A stretch of DNA of 64,000 nucleotides from Amoebidium appalachense. Its lineage: Eukaryota > Protista > Ichthyosporea. Below are positions 13,629 through 27,172 of this stretch, piece by piece. Numbering within the stretch: the stretch's first letter is position 1; every line of letters starts with the position of its first letter. A model generated the notes under the pieces. The model was not told where the DNA came from. It saw only the letters and a list, made by a program, of their open reading frames with translations, and searched no databases. Location: assembly GCA_963693365.1 (NCBI GenBank), contig CAVNZM010000013.1, positions 4,430,722 through 4,494,721 of the forward strand, read 5' to 3'. The position numbers and the translations under genes were made by a program.

Positions 13629-14931
13629 CCTCCCCCCCCCCCCCCCCACCTCTCCCCCACAAACACACACACACGTACCTCTGGCACTTAGTGACGTTCT
13701 TCCCCCCCTGTCCGTCGCACTTATTGCACACTACGTCCTTTCTCATCTGCAGCTTCTTGGTGCACCCGTTGTACAGCTGCTCCAGAGACACCACAAGCTC
13801 GTGCACAATATCTTTTCCCTTGGTCTGTCTCCGACCACCGCCACCAAAGAAGGACCTGAGACACGTTATGTTTTTTGTTTAGAAGTTTTTTTTCTGGTTT
13901 TGGTGGAGTTGCTCTCCGACAGTAAGTCCCCCCCTCCCCCCCCCCCCCCCCCTTTCTGCCCATAAACAAGCACTCAAACACAACACACGAAAAAACTTCT
14001 TCATTGTTAAAAGACTGTTCCTCCCCTGCAATCCCCAACTTCCCCCTCCCCCCCCCCCCCCCCCTGGCGCCCTTTTCAACAGCTCGAATACCCCCACCCA
14101 ACCAGAACCAACACCTTTCCCGTTTTGCTCTTTGACGCTTTTGTTGGCTAGCTGCAAAAACACTTCACCTCACTTAGCACTTTCTTACAAGCAGGAGTAC
14201 CCCCCCCCCCCCCCCCCCCCCCACCAAACCAACCCTCCCTGCACCCAGCCTAGACCGTGCATGGGAGGCTTCGATAAACAGGAATAAACAGGCTCGCGTA
14301 TGTAACCCTTCCCCGAAACCTCCCCCCCCCCCCCCCCCTCTTTCCCTTCTTTCCTTCTCCAACCCTCTTCCCATCCATCTCCCTCCCAGCCAGACAAACC
14401 ATCATACAGTCACAAAAAAACTTACGAGAAGCCGCCGCCAAACATCTGGCTGATGAAGTCCTCTGCCGCAAAGTGGCCCGAGTCCATGCCACCCTCCTTA
14501 AGTCCCTGCTCGCCATACTTGTCATAGATCTCACGCTTCTTGGGATCGTCAAGCACTGAGAACTGACAAAAAAGACATGTCAGCATCCATCACCATCTAG
14601 AAACTTTTTCAACCTCTCCCCGCTCCTCCCCCAAACCCCCCCCCCCCCCCCCCCCCGCCCCCTAACCCCTCCAAACACACACAGAAAACAGAGACAAAGC
14701 CACTATGCCTTTGTTATGCTATATACACCTCCTCCCCCCTCCCCCCTTCACCTAAGAGCCTCTTGTAATCTTCTGTGTTGGGCATAGGTGTATGTGCGTG
14801 TACTCGTGAATACTGTGTGGTGCGCGCATGGGATTCCTCTGAGCACAAATTTTTTATGATAAAAGGTAAATAGTGTAAGTGCCAAAGTTGTGTCTGTCTG
14901 TGCTCTCTCTCTCTCTCTATCTCTCTCTCTC

Positions 14932-14963
<32 letters not shown>

Positions 14964-15415
14964 ATGTGTGTGTGTGTGTGTAAGTGTGTTGTTGTGTGTG
15001 TGTAAGTGTGTGTGTGTATGAGTGTATATGTGTGTGCGTGCTCCTACCCACGTATATGCATAAGTAACCATGTGGGTGTGCTTGTGCTGTGTGGAGTTCG
15101 GTGTGGGTGTGTGCGTGTGCATGTGCTTGTGTGTGTTCCTGTGTGCCTGTGTGTTTTGTAGGTGTCAGCGACCGGGTGTGTTTAGGTTTCCGTGTGCTTG
15201 TGCTGGCATGTAAAAAAATCCAACATCAGCATTTAAAAAATACAATAGAAACACACCTGATAGGAGATCTCCTTGAACTTCTCAGCAGCATCAGGGGATG
15301 GGTTCTTGTCTGGGTGGAACTTGAGGGCAAGTTTCCTGTATGCCTTCTTGAGCTGGTCTGCTGTGGCGTCTGGCGCAACACCAAACGTGTCGTAGAATGC
15401 TGTCTCCTTAACCAT
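10316..15415 (-). CDS. DNAJA: Type I DnaJ/Hsp40 (DNAJA/YDJ1-like), ~400 aa, 7 exons
   Basis: Exons 15415-15257, 14562-14426, 13855-13679, 12705-12543, 11984-11845, 11237-11093, 10597-10316 (1203 nt, all GT-AG, phases match). J-domain HPDKN, G/F region, four CxxCxGxG-type repeats, C-terminal CaaX CETQ. Confidence 0.95.
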
Positions 15416-16587
15416 TTTAAAAACTTAGCCTCCTTCCTCGTTTATTATCACTTATCAAGCGTGAGTGCAAGAGTGAGTGTTTGTTGTAAAACGGGTGTTG
15501 TTCGTTCGGTTCAAACAGGAAAACTGAAACATTTCTGGCGCGCCGAGTCGAGCTTTGTAGTTGATGACGAGGAAAAATCGCGACCTTACCCGATTGGGTG
15601 TCGGATGCCAGTTCTGTGTTATGATTCAACACAAACAAACATTAAAATTACTTTTTAAGCCTTTTACAAACTATGTAAACGTTTTTACATTTAATGATTT
15701 GTTTTGATTAGTTGGTAACAAAGAGTGTCGTTGCCGCTGGAGGCCAGTGTGCCAGGTTGTCGGGCCTGACAGTAGTTCATGCATATGCTGCTTGGTTCCA
15801 ACTTTTTGTCGCTGCTCAGTTGAAACATGCATAAAGAGGATTCTTCAAGCACAATACTTTACATACCGGGCCTACTTTTGACATCGCTAATAACTATATT
15901 TTCGCTCATAACCATATATCGTCCAAATGATCCCCCACCCGGGGCAACACGTGGATCGGTCTGTTGGGAGCGAAGCAAATTTGTCATATATATATTAGCC
16001 AGCCTGGAAACTTTGAAAGAGCCCCAAAAAGCATAGAGGTAAACAACATGTTTGCTGCTGGTGTTCCAGCTAAAGTTTTGCAGAAATACATATAAGTGGG
16101 GTTATAGCACATTCACACATAGGCATTAACTAATATAGTACCTATTTGACTCTTATAAAGCGCCATTTTTGCCATTTGCCATGCTCTAGGCTGTGACGTC
16201 ACGATTTTACGCAAAATTCTGTGAGCCAGCTTTTGGGATTTTGTTCTCCGAGGGCGTCTGTTCAAGTGTTTCGTTCAACAAGCTTGAGCTTCCTCGAAAC
16301 TGAAAGATTTTTCGCGAAATGGTAGGGTCATGCAAGCGATTATGTAGGGTAGATACAAGCGCATGGTAACTCTGCTTCAGCCTGGTGCTACGGTAAATAA
16401 TCAAGCGGGAACGTTTGTTGGCTTATCAATAACAAAAAGCTGCGATCTGAATCAGCCTCCCACATATTCACGCTTTCAAAACTGCTGTTAGGTTAATAGT
16501 TGCTTGAAACACTAACGCGTTTGCGAGGGCACACTGGACTAGCACATTTGAGGACGGGGCTGGGTGGCCACGGGTAAATATTGAAAA
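15416..16587. promoter_or_regulatory. Probable bidirectional promoter DnaJ/DCP2
   Basis: Repeat-free spacer between divergent ATGs; TGACGTCA at 16194-16201 and repeated GCCATTT (YY1-like) near 16162-16181. Confidence 0.45.
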
Positions 16588-18015
16588 ATGGAGGGTGACG
16601 GCACGGCTACTGCGCCGGAGCTCAACGAGGTGATGGAAGACCTTTGCTGGTACGTTTTTCGGTGCTGGTTCACACACACGCATGTACACACGTACATACG
16701 TGCATGCACCCGCACAGGCACACGCACACGTGTGCAGACGCACATGCACACGCACACGTGTGCACACACAACCATACAGAATCATACACATACAGATACG
16801 CGCCCATTCACACACACACATAAACACCCACATACGTTCACACACGCACAAGGAAGGAAGCCCTCGCCCACCCACATTCACAGGAAGCAAACATAAACAC
16901 GCACACCCCTTTTTTGGAAGGGAGGAGCTGGGGAGGGGGACGGGGAGGTGGGGAAGGAGGGAAATGCATTGTACAACATTCTTGCTCTCCCAAGCACTGG
17001 AGCGTATGAATAACTTCAACTAGGTAGGAGGAAGTCAGGGATGGTGCACGGTACAAACGAAGGCATGAGGCATTGTCACGACAAGATCATACAAGATCAT
17101 ACGTTACACTTGGTGTAGTCGTACAGAGGGTATCACGTGATAATGCGCTGGTTTAAACGGTTTAATGGAAGGGAAGGCTTTTGTGGAGAAGGTGTTTGAT
17201 ATCTTTGGGGGAGGGGCTGAGGGGAGAGGCAGGTGTGTATCAAAGGTGGTGGTGGTGGTGGTTTGGGGGAGGGGGGGGGGGGGGGTGGGGGGGTCGTGTT
17301 TAGAGTGAACAAAGCCACCAAAGTACAATGTCGATGAGCTTTTTTCTAGTTGTCTGTGTTATACAAGAAAAAGCATCTCTAACCTACATCTCTCCAAACG
17401 TGCATGATATGTAACCTGGTAATGTCATTTAGTTTTAAGTAGAATATGGACTAAATTTGCACGGTGCAAGAGCATTCCTCCCCCCCCCCCCCCCCTCCCC
17501 CCAGTCCCTCCCCCCCCCCCCCCCCCTTTGTACCGTGTTCCGCATTCAAAACCCCCCCCAGTCTTCTTTCAGAGGTGTCCTTTCAGGACAGACCACTGTG
17601 TGGAGACCGCTTTACTTCCATGCAACCGGGCATGGTTGCTCTGTGTCGTGCATCTGTAAGCACATACACATTTTTCGCTGCACTGCATTAGTTTGCACAC
17701 ACATCTTCACCGTTTTGCTCACCTTGCTTGCATAAGCAACCCTGCTCGTCTTTGATCAAGACGGGTTGACCCGCCCAAGCTCAGTTGATGCTGCTGTCTG
17801 AGTTGGAGTGTCGTATATACGCGGGCTAAGGGGTCGAAACTCAGACGCAATTGATGACTTGGGTCCTCCCTGAGGATGGGCTCTGCTTATGACGCATACT
17901 GTGCACATGGCTGATGTTGCATACTTGAATGTTTGCCTTTGCATGTGTCCTGCACCATGCTTCTCGTCGTGTATGCGTACTTTGTACCGTGTTCCGCATT
18001 CAAAACCCCCCCCCC

Positions 18016-18046
<31 letters not shown>

Positions 18047-18455
18047 ACACACCCCCAAAAAAATAAAAGAAAAGAAAAAAAAAGCAAAAGAGAAGAAAAA
18101 GAGGGGTTGGGGGGGGGGGGGGGGGGGAGAGAGAGAGAGATTGAGGTAGGTAGGGAGGGAGGGAGGGAGGGAGGTAGGGAGGGAGAGAGTGTGTGTGTGT
18201 ATGTGAGTGTGTGAGTGAGTGAGAGAGTGAGAGAGGGGCAGGGGAATGGGGGAGAAAACAAAAGAGATGGAAAAAACACCACAGCCACCACTACACATTA
18301 AACTTTGAAAGCTTTCATTTCATCCCAATTCGCATTCAACTCCTCCCCCCCTCCCCTCCCCTCCCCCCGCCCGGCAAACTCTCACTCTCAAATTCTTCCC
18401 CTACCCTTTCTCCTAGCTTATGTACACGCACCCACGCACGCGCGCGCGCACACAC

Positions 18456-18486
<31 letters not shown>

Positions 18487-18519
18487 TACACACATACACA
18501 CACACAACACACACACACA

Positions 18520-18554
<35 letters not shown>

Positions 18555-20694
18555 TCCCACCCACATATCCCTTTCCCTTGCCCATCACCCCCCCCCCCCC
18601 CCCCACCCACACACACACCCCACTCACTTGCCTCCCCCCCCCCCCCCTCTCTCCCTCCCCCGCCATCCCCCCCCCCCCTCCCCCCTCCCCTCCTTACACA
18701 CACACACACCCTCACACACCCAGCCGGTTCATTCTCAACATACCTGAGGAAGACATATCTTCGTACGAGAGAATCTTTCAGCAAATCCAGCAGGCCCACT
18801 GGTTTTATCTGGACTTCATTAAAGAAAACCACAGCAACCTCCCCCATTTGGACATCAAGAGATTCGGTTACGCAAGTGTGTCATTACATCCCCTCCACCC
18901 CGTATTCTCCCCGATTTAAGTCTTTATACCTTCCCTGTGCATTTGGTTTATTTTGTCATATTTTCTGCTGCTTGTTTGTTTATTATTTTTTTTTTCCTTG
19001 GGGGGGGGGGGAGGGGGGGGAGGGGAGGGGGGAGGGGAGGGAGGGGGGGGGGGGGAAGGGGGGCTCTTTACTTTTTAGGTTTGCATTCTCGCAGGCATAG
19101 AAACCTCTGAAAGAATCTTCGAGCAAATCCAGCAGGCACACTGAATCTATTTGGACTTCATTAAAGAAATCCTCCCCCCCCCCCCCCCCCCCCTCCAACC
19201 CACTGCACTCTCACTCCCCCCACTTCCGCACGCACGCACGCACAACACACAGATTCAAACACGTATGCACGCACACGCGCGCGCGCGCGTTCACACACAC
19301 ACACACTCACACACACTCACATGTTTCTTAGCTTCCATGTTTGCAATCCACCTTCGCATACATTCATCCCCACTCCCATCCCCCCCCCCGCCCTCTCCCC
19401 GCACGGGAAACACAGAACATATCCACCCACTCACCACTCGCGACCACCACAATCCCAACAGAAAAAGACCAAGAAAAACAAGAGAAAAAAAAAGAAAAAA
19501 AGAAAAAAGAAAATTACATCCATGGACATTTACACCGTGGCTGTCCCGCAGTTATCCAACACGTGCCGTTTTTGTCCGAGCATATCCACACGTTTGAGGA
19601 CTACATGAAGATATACGACGACTGGAGGGATTACAGGCAGCAGATACCCGTCTACGGCGCAATACTGCTGAATGCCCAGGCGGACAAGGTGGGATATATT
19701 TACTTGAGATATACGGATATCACAATGCATGAAATCGCACACCAGATCGCGTTTGTTAGCACTGAGTTGCACACCACCCTATGGATCCATATGGCAATGG
19801 GTGCGGTCGCACTGGTGTCGTTGAAACGACGAATTCCCTTATATAGAAATTTCGGTGAGCCATCGACAATCGACGTTTCGACGATCGGGGTTCGCACTGA
19901 AACGATGAAACGAGTGAAAACCCCAAATATGGATAATGATTTCGACGCTCGATCGTCGGTCATTAGAGCAAACCAGCGGCGGGTTCAAAGGGTCGGATTG
20001 AAATTCAACGATTAGTCCAAAAACGTAACTCCCCGCCTACGTAGCAGATTACAATGTGTGCCGGTGCTTGTCTTCATTTACAGTCGAAGGACACGGGAAA
20101 GGAGGGGGGGGGGGGGGAGGAAGGCTTATATTTAAAATTGAGATTTTAAAGTCACGTACCCCTAGTGACGGCCTTTTCTATCTCCTCAGCCAGCACCTGT
20201 GCCTGTCTGTTTTCCGGCTCCAATCGCAACAGCAGCTCCAGATAAACATCACAATGTTCCGCATCACAATGTTCCGCTACGCAAAGTGTTATATCACACG
20301 CAGAATTTCATACTGCATTACGAGATAGTTATGTGTCGTGCACGCATACTTGCGCTCTACACTACTACACAATGCTGCTAATCAGTAAGGCAGACATGTT
20401 ATCTACTTGCTCGAGATATACGGGAATAACACGCAGTCCCCCCCCCCCCCCCCCCCCCCTGCGGGCTCCCCCTCCCCCTTTCCGCGCCTTCCCTCGCTAC
20501 CCCTTCCTCCTTCACTCATCCACCCGCTACATAACCTACCCCAATAGTTCCAGCACACAATTCCCTTACACTCACACCCCCCTACAGTGTGTGTGTGTCA
20601 AGGGATGGGAGGCCAAGTCTTGTTGGGGCTTTCCAAAGGGAAAAGTCAACAAAAACGAAAAGGGAATTGACTGCGCCATTAGAGAGGTAATCCC

Positions 20695-20734
<40 letters not shown>

Positions 20735-22510
20735 AACACACACAAAGACACACACACACATACACATACATGGACACGTACACACACCCAAACACACACA
20801 AACACAAACACACGCACACATAGGCACACACATGCGCACACGCACACACACGAGCACACACAGCACAGTCATTCAGTCACTCACTTACACTCACACCCCA
20901 CATACATAAAGACAACCTTTACACACACACACACACAAGTATACATGTGTACACGCACTCCCACAGACTCACATGCACACGCACGCACGCACACAGACAC
21001 ACACAGACACACGCACACAGACAAGAAGACACACATGCACACCAGACACGCAGACAGACACACCCACACACAGACACACACACGTGCACGCACATACGGG
21101 GATTATCCTCTCTCTCTCTCCTTCCCCCTCTCTCTTGCCCTCATGCACACGCAAAATCTATCTTCCTCTCCCGCCCTCTCACTCTCCTCCTATCCTTCTC
21201 TCTCACTTCCTCTCTCTCTGTCAATCACTCATTCTCTCTCCCTTCCCTCACCCCTTCCCCTCCTTTTTTCTCTCACTGATTGTCCCCCTCTCTCCTCTCC
21301 TCCCCCCTCCCCCCGTCTCCCTCTCCCTTCCTCTCCCTCCCCCCCCCCCCCCCCCCCTCTCTCTCTCGCTCCCTTTCTCCCCCCCCCCCCCCCCCCCCCC
21401 TCCCCCTCCCTGAGAATGGGCTCTGCTTATGACGCATACTGTGCGCATGGCTGATGTTGCATACTTGAATGTTTGCCTTTGCATGTGTCCTGCACCATGC
21501 TTCTCGTCGTGTATGCGTACTTCGTACCGTGTTCCGCATTTAAACCCCCCCAGTCTTCTTTCAGAGATGTCCTTTCAGGACAGACCACTGTGTGGAGACC
21601 GCTTTACTTCCATGCAACCGGGCATGGTTGCTCTGTGTCGTGCATCTGCAAGCACATACGCATTTTTCGCTGCACTACATTAGTTTGCACACACATATTC
21701 ACCGGTTTGCTCACCTTGCTTGCATAAGCAACCCTGCTCGTCTTTGATTAAGACGGGTTGACCCTCCCAAGTTCAGTTGATGCTGCTGTCTGAGTTGGAG
21801 CGTCGTATATACGCGTGCTAAGGGGTCGAAACTCAGACGCAATTGATGACTTGGGTCCTGCCTGAGGATGGGCTCTGCTTATGACGCATACTGTGCACAT
21901 GGCTGATGTTGCATACTTGAATGTTTGCCTTTGCATGTGTCCTGCACCATGCTTCTCGTCGTGTATGCGTACTTCGCACCGTGTTCCGCATTCAACCCCG
22001 CCCCCCCCCCCCCCCCCCCCCCCGTCTCTCCCCCTCTCCCTCTCTCCGTCTCCCCTCTCTCTCGCTCTCCCTCGCCCCATCCGTCTCTCTGCCTCTTTCT
22101 CCCCCCCCCCCCCTCAACCCCCCCCCCCCCCCCCCCCATCCCTCCCTCCGCACAACTCCCTGCTGTGTTGCATATTCACAGGTTTGCTTTTGCATGGCAT
22201 TGCCTGTCATTAATTGTTTGTGTCATGGAGTAGTTGTACTTCCTGCCCTCTTCTGCACCCTAACCACCCCCTCCTCCCCTCCCCCCCCTTCCCCCTGCCC
22301 CCCTCCCCCCTCCCCCCTCCCTGCCCACACTCACACACCCACACATCCCTTCTCCTGCTCCCCTCTCTTTCCACCCCCTCCCCTCCCCCCTCCCTCCCCT
22401 CCCTCCCCCCATCCCCACTTCCCTCCCCCCTCCCACTCTTCCCTCCCTCCCCCATCTCTCCTTATCCCCCCCACCTCCCATCCCCCCCCCCCCCCCCCCC
22501 CCCCCCCAAA

Positions 22511-22549
<39 letters not shown>

Positions 22550-22914
22550 CCCTCTTCTAGGTACTTGAAGAGACAGGCTACGACTTCAGTGCGCTTGCTC
22601 AGGCCGAACAATTTATCGATGTGATTATGCACGGCCACAGGATTAGACTCTACATTGCAGTCGGTGTGCCTGAGGATACACATTTTCTACCGAGGACGAG
22701 GAAGGAGATTAGTGTAGGTTTCCATCTTTCTTTCTCTCTCTCTCTCTGTCTGTCTCACTTCCTCTATCACCTCCCCCCTCGTCCCCCCCCAGCCCCCTCC
22801 CTCCCCGCCCAGGCCCCCTCCCTCCATCGCGCTTTGGTGCCTCCTCCATACTTGCGACCCTCTAATGCATGCATCCCCCCTCCCCCCCCCCGAATTCCTT
22901 TTCACACACACACA

Positions 22915-23001
<87 letters not shown>

Positions 23002-23227
23002 CCCCTCCCCCCCCCCCCCCCCCCCCCCCCCCCTCCCTCCCTCGCTCCCTCCCTCCCTCCCCCTCTCCCTCTCCCTCCCCCTCTCCCTCTCCCTCTCCCG
23101 CTCCCGCTCCCTCTCTCTCTTCCTCCCTTTCTCCCCCCCTCTCTCTCTCCCTCTCTCTCTCTCTCTCCCCCCTTTCCCTCCCTCTCCATCTCCCTTCCTC
23201 TCCACCCGTCCTCTCACTCTCTCTCAC

Positions 23228-23273
<46 letters not shown>

Positions 23274-23308
23274 TCTCTCTCGCTCTCTCTCTCCCTCTCT
23301 CTCTCTCT

Positions 23309-23380
<72 letters not shown>

Positions 23381-24131
23381 TCTATCCCCCCCCACCTCCC
23401 CCCCCCCTTGTCTCACCCATCCCACGCGTACAGAAAGTCGGGTGGTTCAAGATTTCAGATCTTCCAGACCCTTCCATCAAGGACCCAATGTTCTACATGG
23501 TGTCTCCTTTCGTCAGGTTGGTTGCTCTCCCCCCCCCCCCCCCCCCCCCCCCCCGCGCCTCTTCCGCTCATCGGTGCCCCCCTTCTCCCCCCCCCCCCCC
23601 CCCCCCCCCCCCACCCCACCCCCCCTTCCCCTCTTCCCTCCGTCTCTCCCTCCCTACTCCTCCCCCCCACATACGCATTTTTCGCTGCACTGCATTAGTT
23701 TGCACACACATCTTCACCGGTTTGCTCACCTTGCTTGCATAAGCAACCCTGCTCGTCTTTGATCAAGACGGGTTGACCCGCCCAAGTTCAGTTGATGCTG
23801 CTGTCTGAGTTGGAGCGTCGTATATACGCGTGCTAAGGGGTCGAAACTCAGACGCAATTGATGACTTGGGTCCTGCCTGAGGATGGGCTCTGCTTATGAC
23901 TCATACTGTGCACATGGCTGATGTTGCATGCTTGAATGTTTGCCTTTGCATGTGTCCTGCACCATGCTTCTCGTCGTGTATGCGTACTTCGTACCGTGTT
24001 CCGCATTCAAACACCCCCCCCCCCCCCCCCCCCCCAAAAAAACAGCTCTCTTCCTCCTCCCCGTTCCCCTTTCAAGACATTCACAGATCCAGGCATAAAC
24101 TGCTCCTACCCTCCTCTCTCTCCCTCTCCCT

Positions 24132-24191
<60 letters not shown>

Positions 24192-24209
24192 CACACACAC
24201 ACACACACT

Positions 24210-24284
<75 letters not shown>

Positions 24285-25439
24285 CCCCCCCCCCTTTTCT
24301 CCTTCTTCTTTCTCTGCCTTTTTCTTTCTCTCTTTCTCTCTCTTTCTACCACTTCTCCCCCCCCCCCCCCCCCCCCCATTTATGGGCTCTGTTCACGTGT
24401 CTCTTAAGTTCACATCACCCCCCCCCCCTCCCCCCCCCCCCCTCCCCCCCCCCCCCCCCCCCCCCCCCCCGGGGAACATGACGAGGTTCCTATCGGCTAA
24501 CAATAACACATCCAACAATTGCTCGTTCATTCCTTCATATATCCGTCGTCATCCGCACGCGCTCAACTCGTAATTTTCTTTTAATGAAAGGAAAGAAAAG
24601 AAAGGGAGGGGATGAGGCGGGGAAATAAAAACCCAAAAATACCACTGCCGTCTAACATCTGTCTTTCATCCTTATACAGGCCCCTCAAAGGATGGATACG
24701 TCAAAACCTTAAAGGGAAACGCCGAAACGCCCCAAACACACCCTCCGGCTCCCAAAACGCTCTCCTCCCCACGCCCAACACCACCCCCCTTCCCTACCCT
24801 CCCCATCTTCCTTTTAGCATGAGTCCGGCCGTCCCCGCCCCCCCCCTCCACCCGTTCGCCCACCCTCTCCTTCCCTTCCCCCCACACATTCACCAACACC
24901 CTCCCCACTCTCTCACCCCGGGTGTGGGTGTAATGCACCCTTCTCCCTTTCCACCCCCCCCACACTCTGTTATGCCGGGCCTTCCGGGCGTTCCTTCCTT
25001 CCCCACGCTCCCTCCCGGCTCCCCCTCCCTCTCGGCGATGATTCGAAGTGAAGCCACGACTCCGATCGCTACACCGCAGCCGCGCCAATCGGACGCGTCG
25101 GATTTGAAGCGGCTGCTTGGATTGGTGGATGTAAATAGCGGCCAACCAGACGTCGGATACGGAGGGGAGGCAGATGGAAATGGTGCCGATCGGGAGGATA
25201 AGGCTGAGGGGTTGAAGTCGTTACTCGGACTGTCGGATAAGACACCATCACAGGAGGGAAAGAAGTTGCAATCGCTGAAATTTGGACCCCTCGGGGGGAA
25301 CTTTGGGGGTGCTGGCGCAGGGATGCGGAGGGGGTTGCATACTGGAAGGGGGGCGGGGTTTTTGAATTTTCAGTTTAATTACGGCGCAATCTCGGAGGCC
25401 ATGAGGCCGTTTTTGTATCGGGAAGAGGCGGCCATGTAA
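16588..25439 (+). CDS. DCP2: mRNA decapping enzyme Dcp2, ~481 aa, 7 exons
   Basis: Exons 16588-16649, 18724-18875, 19552-19688, 20588-20686, 22561-22713, 23434-23516, 24680-25439 (1446 nt). Box A EDLCCRFILNIP...[19 protein letters not shown], Nudix box GKVNKNE...CAIREVLEETG, PRTRKEI. Confidence 0.93.
17525..18005 (+). mobile_element. Non-coding repeat family, copy A (one ~454-nt unit plus ~30-nt terminal redundancy)
   Basis: CTTTGTACCGTGTTCCGCATTCAAAACCCC at both ends; near-identical to copies B-D. Confidence 0.8.
21406..21995 (+). mobile_element. Repeat family copy B (~1.3 units, 452-nt period)
   Basis: Segment 21406-21545 recurs at ~21858-21995; same 3' end as copy A. Confidence 0.8.
23668..24012 (+). 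mobile_element. Repeat family copy C (5'-truncated)
   Basis: Near-identical to the 3' ~345 nt of copies A/B; ends CCGCATTCAAAC before poly-C. Confidence 0.8.
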
Positions 25440-25563
25440 GGAAAATTGTTTGTGCAACAGTGAAATTTTAAATTGCGATGATAGTAACGGTCTAGTTCTC
25501 TCTCTCTCGCTCCCGGAGGCTCTCACTCCCTGTCTCTCTGAGTCTTCCCTCCCTCCCTCCCTC

Positions 25564-25594
<31 letters not shown>

Positions 25595-25661
25595 ACACAC
25601 ACACAATGGCCATGTTCGTAATGGTCTAGTTCTTTCTCTCTCTCCCTCTGTCTGTTTTCTC

Positions 25662-25746
<85 letters not shown>

Positions 25747-27122
25747 GTTTTTCAGGCTGTAACCTGAGTTTGCTTTCCCGGTTAGCAAATTCCGATAAGT
25801 TTCACTTCAGTTTTGCCAAGCCTTGGTGTAGAATTCGAAGTCGTTTCAGTTTTGGTGATGGCAGGCTTTCTTATTTTTAGTTGGCAGGTGGCGAAAAAGA
25901 ATATTTGTTGCGGAATTTAAGTGGTAGTAAAAACGGTAAAAACGAAATTACGTGTGCAGCACTATGTACGTCACGTGTCATGGACTGGGTTTCCCATAAT
26001 AATATACACCTGTCCTTGGATGTTGTTAAGCTGTACACACGCACGAACGTATTTCCATATATGAAGCCATAAAATCCAGTCTGATTATCAGTCTGAGACG
26101 ATTTATCATTTTGGGTGTTACCGTATGTAGAGGAGGAGACTCGTCACAATCATCGTGACGGTCATTGATGCGTCATGGTGACGTAAAGGTCGGTCATAAT
26201 AACATCATTGATGATGTCACTGCCCATAACATTCCAAGAGTGTTTGTAGATTGCCAATTGCTTGGGTGTGTGTGTGCGTGTGTGTGTTGAGACGTGTGTG
26301 TGTGTGTGTGGGTGTGTGTGGGTGGGTGGGTGGGTGTGTGTGGGTGTGTGTGGGTGTGTGTGTGTGTGTGCGCGCGCGCGCGCGTGCGCGCATGCGCCCT
26401 GGTGCCTGCGGCATGTGTGCACAAGTCATGTTTGCCGGCATGGATGCACTCAATGGCATGCTGGCACCTGGCCGGAACCACCCGAAGGGGGGCAGGGGGG
26501 AGGCATTATGACCGGCAGTGCACACCCGGCCTTGATAAATCAGCAACCACAGTAGTCGCTCTGGCTGCCGTCAGAGTCTGTCCGGAGCAGAAATTATGCG
26601 AGCTTTAAGCCCGCTTTCTAATTCGGCTTTTTAAAAAAGGGTGTGATCGGTCCACCGGACACGATCACTAAATCGTCCTTAACCAGCGGTGCCCGGTGAA
26701 ATGTGTACGTTCTAACGTCTGAACATCGGATATGGACAAAAATTCTAATTTTTGTTGTCTGTATTGGAATGGTGTAACCAAAACTATGCAAGTATCATAT
26801 AAATCTAAAAGCGAGTAGTTTTCGGGCTCTTTGGCCGTTTGTAATAGACAAAAGATACCCACGGACAAGAGACTGTTATCAGTTCAAAAAACATGCGTAA
26901 TGACCCTAATATTCAAGTTAACTTAATCACTTAAAGGTTAGCAAATACGCTAGTTAGCATTTATGCTTTTCATTGTGCGAGTAAGCTAGCTGAGTTTCCC
27001 TCGTCTGAGGACCGATGCCCCCCCCCCCCCCCCCCCCCCCCCTCTCCCCTCCCCCCCCCCCCCCCCTCCCCCCGCCCCCCCGGCCACACAAACACACACA
27101 CACACACACACACCCACACACA

Positions 27123-27172
<50 letters not shown>

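Noticed and set aside
17730-17891. U3 snoRNA, SRP RNA or tRNA-derived SINE
   Set aside because: UGAUGA and CUGA occur, but box order, SRP helix motifs and Pol III A/B boxes are not recognisable
26643-26672. Helitron 3' end (hairpin plus CTRR)
   Set aside because: Hairpin is present but spacing is atypical and no 5' end or second copy is visible
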